A stretch of DNA of 64,000 nucleotides, taken from the IMG/VR virus record IMGVR_UViG_3300034107_000364; one strand, written 5' to 3'. Under the pieces are notes generated by a model. The model was given only the letters and a program-made list of their open reading frames with translations, had not been told where the DNA came from and made no database searches. Below are positions 50,635 to 59,478 of the stretch, piece after piece; the first letter of the stretch is position 1, and each line of letters opens with the position of its first letter. This DNA is from a virus. Taxonomy: Duplodnaviria > Heunggongvirae > Uroviricota > Caudoviricetes. Position numbers and translations under genes: made by a program.

Positions 50635-51918
50635 ATGGCAGCTAACGATTACATAAGAACGGTAAATATAACACCATTGAGTACTAGTTACTCTTGGGAT
50701 ACCCCACCGAGTTGGATCACTATTACTAGAATAGGTACATCTAATGATTGGACTATAACACTTGCAGCTAATAGCGGCGTAGCTAGAAATGCTACACTGA
50801 CAGTTAGACATGCTAATACAACTACGGTTGACACAATTGCAGTTTCTCAAAACGGTGCGAGTGCAACACCAACACCAACACCAACTTCGGGTTCAGGTGC
50901 TGGACCAACTGCAACACCAATTGTGCCAACTGCAACACCAATTCCACCAACGCCAACGGCAACTTCACCAGCGGGTGCAGGTTACGCTCTATCTTTTGTT
51001 GACTCCAGTTATACAATTGATGATTTTAATAATGGAGCAGGTTCTTATGTTGATTTAGTTTATAATATTACAGGTGCTACAACTCCGCCTACATTGGTAG
51101 AAAAAGATAGTAGAATAAGTTGGACTAATAGATCAGGACCTACTGGTGGTGTTGGTACAATTAGATTGTATAGTTTAATGTCAGCTGGTGATCCACCTTC
51201 TAGTTTTTCAATGTCACCAGACTTTAAAATTGCACATCCATTAAGTAGTAGTGTAACAGCTTCTATTCCTGGCTATATAATTCAGGCAGATGGTGGAATT
51301 AGATTTGTATCGCCAACAGCAACAGCAATGCCTAGTCCAACAACACCACCATATACTGGCGGTGGAGGCGGTGGAGGCGGTGGATGTCACATTGCTGGAG
51401 AAATGATTACGATGGCAACTGGTGAAACTAAGGCTGTTGAAAACATTCAAGTAGGCGATCAATTATTATCATTTAATGTAGATGGATATAATTATGATGA
51501 AGAAGCATATAAAAATTGGTCTTCTCATATAGATAACTTTATAGGTGAATTTACATCGGTTCAAGTAATCAAAGTGATGGCTGATACATATACATCTTAC
51601 TATGACTTTAATAATGGAGCTCTTAAGATAACGTACGAACATCCTATATTGATCAAAGATATAAACAATGTAGTTTCTTGGAAAATAGCTAGAGATGCTT
51701 CTATAGGTGAATCTATGTTAAACGAAAATAATCAATGGATTTTAATTAGTGCTAAGTCATTTATAGAAACAGAAGTTCCATTCTCAACTTGGAGTTTTAA
51801 TGTAGAAACTGAAGATGTTTACTTTGCAAATGGTATATTAGTACATAACTTAGTAAACGAACTGGAAAAGGGTTTTGATGACGGTTCCGGTGGTGGTACT
51901 GGCGAAACAATAAGATAA
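50635..51918 (+). CDS. BACON-like + PT linker + C-terminal Hint (BIL-type) domain protein
   Basis: PPSWITI..ITLAANSGVARNATLTV..IAVSQ (BACON-like); poly-Gly then CHIAGEMI..VENIQVGD..TYEHP..FNVE..YFANGILVHN. Confidence 0.82.
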   Translation: MAANDYIRTVNITPLSTSYSWDTPPSWITITRIGTSNDWTITLAANSGVARNATLTVRHANTTTVDTIAVSQNGASATPTPTPTSGSGAGPTATPIVPTATPIPPTPTATSPAGAGYALSFVDSSYTIDDFNNGAGSYVDLVYNITGATTPPTLVEKDSRISWTNRSGPTGGVGTIRLYSLMSAGDPPSSFSMSPDFKIAHPLSSSVTASIPGYIIQADGGIRFVSPTATAMPSPTTPPYTGGGGGGGGGCHIAGEMITMATGETKAVENIQVGDQLLSFNVDGYNYDEEAYKNWSSHIDNFIGEFTSVQVIKVMADTYTSYYDFNNGALKITYEHPILIKDINNVVSWKIARDASIGESMLNENNQWILISAKSFIETEVPFSTWSFNVETEDVYFANGILVHNLVNELEKGFDDGSGGGTGETIR

Positions 51919-51932
51919 TAAATTTTAAACAA

Positions 51933-52745
51933 ATGGAAATTAAAGAAAACATAAAACAATTTTTTTCAAATAAGAGCCTGGTTATTTTTGTAGCCGGTGC
52001 TCTTTTTGTTTTATTGTTTTTAAAACAGTGCAATCAAATAGACAATTTAAAAGCTAAAGTTGAGATGACTGAAAAAGATTCTCAAAGAAACTTTAATAAT
52101 TATTTGGCTTCTAAAGATTCAGTAAGAATTGTAGTTGCTAAGAATGGTAATTTGATTGCTGAAAAAAGAAGTTATGAATTTGATCTTAATGATTTAAAGG
52201 GAGATCAAAAAGAACTAATTGAAAAATATAAAGATGCTTTAAATTTAAATAGAAATTTAAATAAGGTGAATACTTTATTGACTGCTGATTTAAAAATAAA
52301 AGACACGTTTGTAGCTGGTACTAGTACTACTAAAATAGACTCGATAAATACTAAGATTAAGTTTAGTAAATTTGATGATTTTGGAAAAGGTAATTCTAGA
52401 GATCTTTCAGGAGAAATGCTAATCACAAAAAATGGTACAGATTTTAAATACAGTGATGCTACATTCTCTATAAACCATAAGATTAATTTAATGGCTGCTA
52501 TAGAAAATGTTGATGGAGCTGATCAATTAAAAATTTCAACTTCTTACCCTGGTTTAACGTTTGACAATATAGAAAATATAAACCTAATTAATACTAAATT
52601 AAATCAAAAGCCTGTTAAAAAAGGTGGTTTTGCAATCGGTATTGGTTTAGGATATGGAATAAATTTAAATAATAATCAAATAATAAGTACTGGTCCATCA
52701 ATAGGCCTTGGACTCTACTACTCACCAAAGTGGTTAAGATTTTAA
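51933..52745 (+). CDS. membrane-anchored coiled-coil protein, spanin candidate
   Basis: N-terminal TM LVIFVAGALFVLLFLKQC, coiled coil, C-terminal GFAIGIGLGYG..GPSIGLGLYYSPKWLRF. Confidence 0.55.
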   Translation: MEIKENIKQFFSNKSLVIFVAGALFVLLFLKQCNQIDNLKAKVEMTEKDSQRNFNNYLASKDSVRIVVAKNGNLIAEKRSYEFDLNDLKGDQKELIEKYKDALNLNRNLNKVNTLLTADLKIKDTFVAGTSTTKIDSINTKIKFSKFDDFGKGNSRDLSGEMLITKNGTDFKYSDATFSINHKINLMAAIENVDGADQLKISTSYPGLTFDNIENINLINTKLNQKPVKKGGFAIGIGLGYGINLNNNQIISTGPSIGLGLYYSPKWLRF

Positions 52746-52758
52746 AATAATATAAATA

Positions 52759-54822
52759 ATGGCACAATCATCAAGATATTTTTACTTAGACTCAGACATT
52801 TTATTAGAGTTTATTTACCACGATCAAAGTAATCCTTCTAAATACCAAATAGAGGTTGATGAAAATGGTAGCGAGGTAAAATTCTTAGATACAATTAAGG
52901 GTGATCCTTTCAGTCAAAGACATTTGATTAGTGAGTTAGGTAGTGCTGTTGTAAACTTTGATGTTACAGAAACCAATGGTTATTTGTCAGTTGAAAATTT
53001 TGCAGCTAGAACTCTTTTACTACAAAACGGTAAAACCTACAAATTTAATTTAAGTCAATTAGTAAATCCTAGTTTATTTGCCATAAGTGGTACACTTGGA
53101 ATTTATTCATATTCTAGTGCAACTGAAATTGGTCAATTTACTCCTACACAAAACGGTACAGTTGATTATTCATATGAAGGTTTAAAGGGTGGAAAGATAA
53201 TCGTTGACGCAAGAGCTAATCCTTTATTTGCAAATCCTGATGAAAATACAGGAAATGATATTAATCAAACTATCGGTAGATACCACGCTGTACAGACCGA
53301 TGCTACTGCAACTAAATATGCTTTATTAGGATATGATTCTACTGGAGATTATGAGATGCATAATTATATTAATAATAATGTAGATTGGGCTGGAGGAAAT
53401 GAGACAGATCTTTTAAATTACCAAACTGATGCTACTGCTAATATTAATTTTATAAAATACGATAGTATTAGACTACACTTAAGAAGTGGTTATAGTTTTT
53501 CTGCAAGAGGTTATGAAGGATTCTTATTTCAAGTAGCTGCAAAAAGAGAAACAGGTATAAGAAATTACTTAACGCAATTAGTTTATTTAAATACTAGTAA
53601 TTATGAATATGCAAACCCTAAGCCATTCATTTTAGGAGAGACTTTATATAGTAAATTTATTGATATAAAAATACCTACATTAATAAATCAGAATAGTGAG
53701 TTTAACGATTTATTTTATGGAGATGGTACATTAGATTCTAGTGATTTACATCCTAGTGCAAACTATGAACTTACATTTAAGTTAATAAATAATCTAGAAA
53801 CTTTTAATGGTTTTGATTATTTTACAACCGCAGAAGAAAATAAGTTTACTATTTCGAGAGAAGACGAGTTTCAAGATTTTACAGTAGTGGTTGAAGATGC
53901 AACTGATGGAGATTATTTTAGAATATATGGTGAAAAGGACAATTCAATTGGAGCATTCGAAGCTTATATTCTAAATCAAATCACTAAAACATCTGATGAT
54001 ATTATTGTAATGTTTGACGTTGATGTTTTTGAAAGTATAGGAACTTCAGAAGTTAAAACATTCCAAACAACTTATACACAGTACGAAGATTTTAATACAC
54101 CGATTGTTTTTAGACCTGTTATTATTAATAGTAATATAGCTTCTAGTTTCTCAATTGATGTAACTATGAGAATATGGAATCAAACTGATAATACACAGAT
54201 TGTAAAACGTGCAAGTTTGTCAATTGATCAAGCTGCAAAATATGGTAAAAGATTACAAAAACTTAAAATTGATTCACCAAATCAATTAACTGAAGTTTAT
54301 AATGTGTTGCCTCAATTAGCATCTAATAAAATTATTGCTGGTATATTTACTGATAATTTACCAAGAAGTGTTAAATATGTACCTGCATTTGTAGAGAGAC
54401 ATAATGTAATTGCTACTAGTGCCACTGTTAGATTCGATACTAGTAATGAAAACATAATGACACAAAATATTAATGAAGTTGATACTTCTAGTTTTAAAAC
54501 TGAAGGCGAATTACTTATTAAAGTTCCACCTTTTACATCTTATTACAAATTCGTTGTTGCCAAAAGAAAAGAAGACGATATAGAATTTATATCTTTTGCT
54601 AATACTGAAAATGTTGTAATGACATTCAGTGATGGAAATCAAAAACTAAAATTCAATCATGTTTCTAATAAAGACATTAATATGGGTGAAGGTGAATTAC
54701 TATTTAAAATTAGTGAAGCTAATGCAAATACTATAAGAGGTATGAAAAACAATACATTTTATATTAGTGTTAATAACGGAATAGACGAAAATATGATTTT
54801 GTCTGGTAAATTTATGATTTAA
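52759..54822 (+). CDS. virion structural protein
   Basis: 687 aa, TATAAATA immediately before ATG, structural context. Confidence 0.6.
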   Translation: MAQSSRYFYLDSDILLEFIYHDQSNPSKYQIEVDENGSEVKFLDTIKGDPFSQRHLISELGSAVVNFDVTETNGYLSVENFAARTLLLQNGKTYKFNLSQLVNPSLFAISGTLGIYSYSSATEIGQFTPTQNGTVDYSYEGLKGGKIIVDARANPLFANPDENTGNDINQTIGRYHAVQTDATATKYALLGYDSTGDYEMHNYINNNVDWAGGNETDLLNYQTDATANINFIKYDSIRLHLRSGYSFSARGYEGFLFQVAAKRETGIRNYLTQLVYLNTSNYEYANPKPFILGETLYSKFIDIKIPTLINQNSEFNDLFYGDGTLDSSDLHPSANYELTFKLINNLETFNGFDYFTTAEENKFTISREDEFQDFTVVVEDATDGDYFRIYGEKDNSIGAFEAYILNQITKTSDDIIVMFDVDVFESIGTSEVKTFQTTYTQYEDFNTPIVFRPVIINSNIASSFSIDVTMRIWNQTDNTQIVKRASLSIDQAAKYGKRLQKLKIDSPNQLTEVYNVLPQLASNKIIAGIFTDNLPRSVKYVPAFVERHNVIATSATVRFDTSNENIMTQNINEVDTSSFKTEGELLIKVPPFTSYYKFVVAKRKEDDIEFISFANTENVVMTFSDGNQKLKFNHVSNKDINMGEGELLFKISEANANTIRGMKNNTFYISVNNGIDENMILSGKFMI

Positions 54823-54824
54823 TT

Positions 54825-55376
54825 ATGGTTCTTAATAGTAGAAATAATGGTTTTGATTTTAGATTTCCCAGAGGATTTATACCTGCTGAAGTATCAGATA
54901 AGTATAAAAAATATCTTAACAAGGTTCCTGGTGGTTTATTATCAGAACCTGTTGATTTTGTAAATTATAGTATTCAAGGTATTAATATTCCTGGAATTTC
55001 ATTTGATCCAGTTACACAAGAAGATAATGATGGAACTAAGAGATACCATAGAGGTGCAATGCCAATTCAAAATACAATTAATAGAGAATTTACAGTGACT
55101 ATGCAGTTGCTAGACGGTTTTATTAATTACTGGATTATGATGGATACTCTATTGTATTATTATGCACGATCAACTAAACAAGCTTATATTGATCCATTAA
55201 ATTTGAGAATACTTGATGCCGAAGGTGCATCTGTTGCATATATGGAATTCACTGATTGTATTATGAATTCTATTAATGAATTAAGTTTGAATTTTGCAGA
55301 GAACACTGCATCTTTTAGCACATTTGAAGTTACGTTCTTCTATAATAAACTAAACCTCAGATTAGAGGTCGAATAA
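54825..55376 (+). CDS. tail tube-fold protein (gp3/gp19-like)
   Basis: NYSIQGINIPGISF, FTVTMQL..NYWIM, LRILD..F.DC...I.ELSLNF..FEVTFFY. Confidence 0.65.
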   Translation: MVLNSRNNGFDFRFPRGFIPAEVSDKYKKYLNKVPGGLLSEPVDFVNYSIQGINIPGISFDPVTQEDNDGTKRYHRGAMPIQNTINREFTVTMQLLDGFINYWIMMDTLLYYYARSTKQAYIDPLNLRILDAEGASVAYMEFTDCIMNSINELSLNFAENTASFSTFEVTFFYNKLNLRLEVE

Positions 55377-55382
55377 ATATCA

Positions 55383-55390
55383 GATATATA
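55383..55390 (+). promoter_or_regulatory. putative late promoter GATATATA
   Basis: intergenic, 4 nt before ATG. Confidence 0.6.
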
Positions 55391-55394
55391 ACAT

Positions 55395-55763
55395 ATGAAA
55401 ACATTTAATACTTACTTGCTTGAAAACTCAGCTACTGAAAAAGAGATGAAACTTATTAATGAAGGTTTACAAGAAGAGTGGACCCCAGAATTAGAAGCTA
55501 AAATCAACGCGGCTTTGGAATCATTTGCTTTAGAATATCAAAGACCCGATGGTACATATGATATTGAAAAACTTAATGAAGAAATTACAAATGAAGGTTT
55601 CTTTGGTTCTATTATTGGTGGAATTACTGGATTTGCTTTAGGTAAATCAGTAGGTATGATGATAGCTAAAGTACTTGGTATCGAAAAGGGTATTTTCTAT
55701 GATTTATTAACCTCAAGACTAGTTGGTGCCGCTTTAGGTGCAAGTCTTGGTAATAGAATATAA
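55395..55763 (+). CDS. capsid-targeting-like protein with C-terminal glycine-zipper segment
   Basis: MKTFNTYLLE (close to T4 CTS MKTYQEFIAE); NE-GFFGSIIGGITGFALG..LVGAALGASLG. Confidence 0.65.
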   Translation: MKTFNTYLLENSATEKEMKLINEGLQEEWTPELEAKINAALESFALEYQRPDGTYDIEKLNEEITNEGFFGSIIGGITGFALGKSVGMMIAKVLGIEKGIFYDLLTSRLVGAALGASLGNRI

Positions 55764-56414
55764 ATGAATTTTTTAGCAGTAGACTTTTCTTTGAATTCCC
55801 CAGGAATTTGCATATACAATGATAAGAGTAAGAAATATCATTTTATTAGTTACATGAAGCCTGGTACAGGCACTAAAGCAGAACAAAAACTTCAAGAAGA
55901 GTTATCTCTTTTAAGTGATGTTACTCTTATTAATCAACCTGACTTTACAAACACCGAATCATTTTCAAGTGCAGAACTTCTCAAAGTTAAGCGTTATGAT
56001 AAAATGGCAGATGACATAATAAACCTTGTCTTACAAAATAGTTTTGATGGTGATGGGTTTATAATTGCCTTTGAAGGAACTTCTTATGGTTCTAACGGTG
56101 GAACTAACAACATGATTGACATGGCTGCAGGTGCTGCAATCCTAAAACTAAAACTTTTAAAGACTCTTAATCCCGATGACATTAAAACTGTGGCTCCAAC
56201 CACTATTAAGAAGTTTGCTGGTAAGGGTAATATGAATAAGCTTCAATTGTTTGATTGCTTTCAACGAAACGTGAACGAAGACCCAATCTTGGCTAAAAGC
56301 CCTTTGTGGAAAATCGTTAAAGACCTTGAAGTTGGAAAGAAGATCCCGAAGCCTTTAGACGACCTAGTCGATGCTTATTTTCTCGTTGCGTTCGTTGCAA
56401 CCCCAAACACCTAA
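55764..56414 (+). CDS. ruvC: RuvC-like Holliday junction resolvase
   Basis: FLAVDFSLNSPG, IAFEGTSYGS, VAPTTIKKFAGKGN..K, DDLVDAY. Confidence 0.85.
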   Translation: MNFLAVDFSLNSPGICIYNDKSKKYHFISYMKPGTGTKAEQKLQEELSLLSDVTLINQPDFTNTESFSSAELLKVKRYDKMADDIINLVLQNSFDGDGFIIAFEGTSYGSNGGTNNMIDMAAGAAILKLKLLKTLNPDDIKTVAPTTIKKFAGKGNMNKLQLFDCFQRNVNEDPILAKSPLWKIVKDLEVGKKIPKPLDDLVDAYFLVAFVATPNT

Positions 56415-56440
56415 TCTTTCCTCTGGCGTAAAGACATATT

Positions 56441-56468
56441 TTATATGCTAGTTGCGTAAAACTGTTTC
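56441..56468 (-). promoter_or_regulatory. putative minus-strand promoter GAAAC-N18-TATAA
   Basis: reverse complement GAAAC-AGTTTTACGCAACTAGCA-TATAAA, pointing into the ruvC 3' end. Confidence 0.4.
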
Positions 56469-56504
56469 ATTTTATTTAAAAAAAAATAAAAATAGTTCTC
56501 CATG

Positions 56505-56531
56505 AAACAAAACTAAACTTAGATATATAAT
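56505..56531 (+). promoter_or_regulatory. composite promoter AAAC-N17-TATAAT containing GATATATA
   Basis: AAAC 56505-56508, TATAAT 56526-56531, GATATATA 56522-56529. Confidence 0.6.
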
Positions 56532-56568
56532 AAGTATACTATTAAAGTAGTAACATAAGGCAAAAGAA

Positions 56569-56766
56569 ATGGCACAGTTAGTTACAATCGATTTCATCCG
56601 ACTAAACACAATCCTACACAAAATGGTTGTAAATGGTCAGCTCTCAAATGAAGAGCGTGAAGCATTATTACACAAGTCAGGGCTACTTAAGCTTACGGAT
56701 ACTTGTTGGAGTGAAGACGAAAATTCTATATTAACATTTCCTTTTCCTGAAGTTGAAACTTTTTAG
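56569..56766 (+). CDS. hypothetical protein
   Basis: 65 aa downstream of the promoter. Confidence 0.55.
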   Translation: MAQLVTIDFIRLNTILHKMVVNGQLSNEEREALLHKSGLLKLTDTCWSEDENSILTFPFPEVETF

Positions 56767-56781
56767 AGTATACGATTATAA
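56756..56781 (+). promoter_or_regulatory. putative early/middle promoter AAAC-N17-TATAA
   Basis: AAAC 56756-56759, TATAA 56777-56781, upstream of SSB with A-rich leader. Confidence 0.6.
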
Positions 56782-56844
56782 GTATTGAAAGCAATTTCAA
56801 GATAAACAATTTAATAATTTAAACAAACTAAACAATTTAAAGGT

Positions 56845-57759
56845 ATGAGTGATTCATTTGACATTTTTAACTTAGGTGTAGAAGACGTAGAAACGCACCA
56901 AGTAACAACAAGTACTTCTTCAAACGAAGTGTACAAACCAACCGCAGACGATGGTAAAGACGGAACTTACAAAGCATTAGTGCGATTTGTTCCAAACCCT
57001 GAAAACCCTCGTAATTCCCTAATTCAAAAATATGTGCACTGGATGACAAATTCAAGTGGTGATGGTAAACTAGTTGATAGTCCATCTACTATTGGTGAAA
57101 AGTGTCCTATTGCAGATGTATTTTGGAAACTACGTAAATCAGATTCAGCTGTTGACCGTAAGGCATCAGAGAAATTGAAAAGACGTCAACAGTATTATGC
57201 TTTGATCAAGATCATTAAAGATCCACAAAACCCAGAATTAGAAGGACAATACAAAGTCTTCAAATTTGGTTACAAAATCAAAGAGAAAATCGACGCAGAA
57301 TTGAAACCAGACTTTGGTGAACCAACACAAGTATTCGACCTTTTCGAAGGTAAGAACTTTGAATTGATTATCACACGTCAAGGTGACTTCAATAACTACG
57401 ACAAATCTAAATTCTCAGCTAGTAAATCAGCTATCATTATGGGCGATGCACCAGCAGAGCGTAATAAAGAGACGATGACTACTATCAAAGCAGAATTAGA
57501 CACAGCTCCTTCATTAAAAAGTTACGATTATCAAGCATGGGACGAAGAAACTCGATCATTTGTAAATGATGTATTGAGAATGTATTTAAACCCAGGTGAT
57601 TCAATCGGTGAGATGACTTCAAGTGCTCCTAAGAAAGCTACTAAAAGTACAAGCTCTGTAGCTGAAATGGAAGCTCCAGCGAAAGCAAAAACAGAATCAA
57701 CATCAAATGTATCAAATGACGATGACTTAGATTCTTTTTTGAATGACCTCGACATCTAA
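56845..57759 (+). CDS. single-stranded DNA-binding protein (T4 gp32-like)
   Basis: ALVRFVP, SPSTIGEKCPI, IIKDPQNPELEG..VFKFG.KI, FDLFEGKNF, NYDKSKF, acidic tail DDDLDSFLNDL. Confidence 0.92.
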   Translation: MSDSFDIFNLGVEDVETHQVTTSTSSNEVYKPTADDGKDGTYKALVRFVPNPENPRNSLIQKYVHWMTNSSGDGKLVDSPSTIGEKCPIADVFWKLRKSDSAVDRKASEKLKRRQQYYALIKIIKDPQNPELEGQYKVFKFGYKIKEKIDAELKPDFGEPTQVFDLFEGKNFELIITRQGDFNNYDKSKFSASKSAIIMGDAPAERNKETMTTIKAELDTAPSLKSYDYQAWDEETRSFVNDVLRMYLNPGDSIGEMTSSAPKKATKSTSSVAEMEAPAKAKTESTSNVSNDDDLDSFLNDLDI

Positions 57760-58819
57760 CATAAACCTATCTGAAGAGTTAAAGGATAAAATAAGATATT
57801 CACTTAAACAAGTAGTATCTCAAAAACATCCTGAACCTAATAAGAAACTACTTAAAGACATGCATGGGCGAATAACCCTTGCATGTCCTTATTGTGGTGA
57901 TTCTCATACTGATGATACCAAAAAAAGAGGTAACATTTTCTGGGATACACTACAATATCACTGTTATAATTGTAGCCATCATACTAATGTTTATACTTTT
58001 CTAAAAGATCACGAAGTAAAGATGGATAATTCAGATGACTCGTTCGCAGTTATCGATTATATTCAACAAAACAAAATACAAGTTAATCCTGAATCGGTTC
58101 TAAAACACCAAGCTTTAGAAACTGTTCATAATCTTGCGATTGAGGTTGATGAATTTAAAAAACATTTTAGGGCAAAACCAATAGTTCCAGGTGACTGGAT
58201 TTGGTTTCAATTAAAAGCAAGACTTCTACATAATAGAGTAGATGATTTTTTATATTCAGAGAAAGAACATCGTTTGTGGATTCTAAACTTTAGTACAGAT
58301 GGTAAAATTATAGGAGCTCAGACTCGTAGAATGAAAGGATATGGTCAAAGATACTTAACGTATGATCTACCTAAACTATATGAGGAAATGGGTAAACCGT
58401 TAGAAATGACCAATGAAGAGTTAAATGCACTTACAAAAATATCAACTTTGTTTGGTATTATGCAATTAAATTTTCAAAGAACAATCACATTATTTGAAGG
58501 ACCATTAGATGCAAAGTTTATGAATAATTCATTAGCTCTTGCAACTGCAGGTAGATCAACAGAAGATTTCGATGAGATACCAACTGTTAGATATATGTTC
58601 GATAATGATGCAACAGGTAAAAAGAAAATGGCTGAAAAACTTAAAAGAGGCAGATCCGTATTTATGTGGTCTAAATTTCTTAAGGAAAATAAGCTGGATA
58701 CATATAATATTAAAGATCTAAATGACTTAATATTGAAATGTTTTGAGCTTAAAATCGATGCTCATAAAAAGATCGATCAATATTTTACATCAAGTCAATT
58801 AGATTTATGGTACGTATAG
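57743..58819 (+). CDS. DNA primase (T4 gp61-like)
   Basis: CPYCGDS..KRG..YHCYNC zinc finger; TOPRIM FEGPLDA and FDND; KDLND. Confidence 0.9.
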   Translation: MTSTSNINLSEELKDKIRYSLKQVVSQKHPEPNKKLLKDMHGRITLACPYCGDSHTDDTKKRGNIFWDTLQYHCYNCSHHTNVYTFLKDHEVKMDNSDDSFAVIDYIQQNKIQVNPESVLKHQALETVHNLAIEVDEFKKHFRAKPIVPGDWIWFQLKARLLHNRVDDFLYSEKEHRLWILNFSTDGKIIGAQTRRMKGYGQRYLTYDLPKLYEEMGKPLEMTNEELNALTKISTLFGIMQLNFQRTITLFEGPLDAKFMNNSLALATAGRSTEDFDEIPTVRYMFDNDATGKKKMAEKLKRGRSVFMWSKFLKENKLDTYNIKDLNDLILKCFELKIDAHKKIDQYFTSSQLDLWYV

Positions 58820-59028
58820 CAGATATTAGTAGTATGGTTGAAGATAATTTGGATGACTTTCAAAAAGACAGTGATAGATTTAAAGGTATGAAACTCTTAA
58901 TAGATTTCTCACCATTAGATCTTAGTGTCAATTCTCCAGATATTAAAATGCCAGAACCTAAATTTAAAAAGAAACAAGTTATTACAAAATTTATTAAGCC
59001 TAATCCTAACAAAAAATCATTATTTTAA
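58807..59028 (+). CDS. hypothetical protein
   Basis: 73 aa between primase and uvsY. Confidence 0.55.
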   Translation: MVRIADISSMVEDNLDDFQKDSDRFKGMKLLIDFSPLDLSVNSPDIKMPEPKFKKKQVITKFIKPNPNKKSLF

Positions 59029-59030
59029 AT

Positions 59031-59453
59031 ATGAGCAAAGAAGTAATATTAGCGCTTGATAAAAAATTAAGTAGCCAACGAATAGAATGGACTAACAACA
59101 TCAAAGAACTTGCACAAAGTCTTAGACGTTTAAATGAATTAGAAGGAACTATCGCAGAGGTACTTTCTTCAAGACAATCTTTGGTCGAACAAATATCATA
59201 TTTAAATATGAAGATTAAAGAACAAAGAAATAAAGTTAATGTCAGATATAGAGAAGCCTATATTAGATATTATGAATATGATTACAAGCTCGGTGAAAAG
59301 CAAAAAGAGAAGTTTATCGAAACTGATCTAGCCGATGAAAATATGATATTGTCTCACTTAGAAAATCAAGTTGAATTTTTTAGAGACTCGGTAAAAACTC
59401 TAGATAACATGGGATTTGCCATCCGTAATAGACTTGCATTAAAAGATCTATAA
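59031..59453 (+). CDS. uvsY: recombination mediator UvsY-like
   Basis: 140 aa helical; VEFFRDSVKTLDNMGFAIRN C-terminus; adjacent to uvsW. Confidence 0.7.
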   Translation: MSKEVILALDKKLSSQRIEWTNNIKELAQSLRRLNELEGTIAEVLSSRQSLVEQISYLNMKIKEQRNKVNVRYREAYIRYYEYDYKLGEKQKEKFIETDLADENMILSHLENQVEFFRDSVKTLDNMGFAIRNRLALKDL

Positions 59454-59478
59454 CGGTAAACAAAAATGCTCTAACAAT

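Noticed and set aside
51385-51849. Canonical intein / mobile element
   Set aside because: No homing endonuclease, the +1 residue is Leu, and it lies near the C-terminus after a poly-Gly linker rather than in a conserved enzyme motif
19835-58721. Other short plus-strand alternative-frame ORFs (19835, 26408, 50810, 58539)
   Set aside because: Only 60-82 codons, mostly over low-complexity regions, with non-ATG or poor start context and no clear codon-usage shift like the one in uvsW
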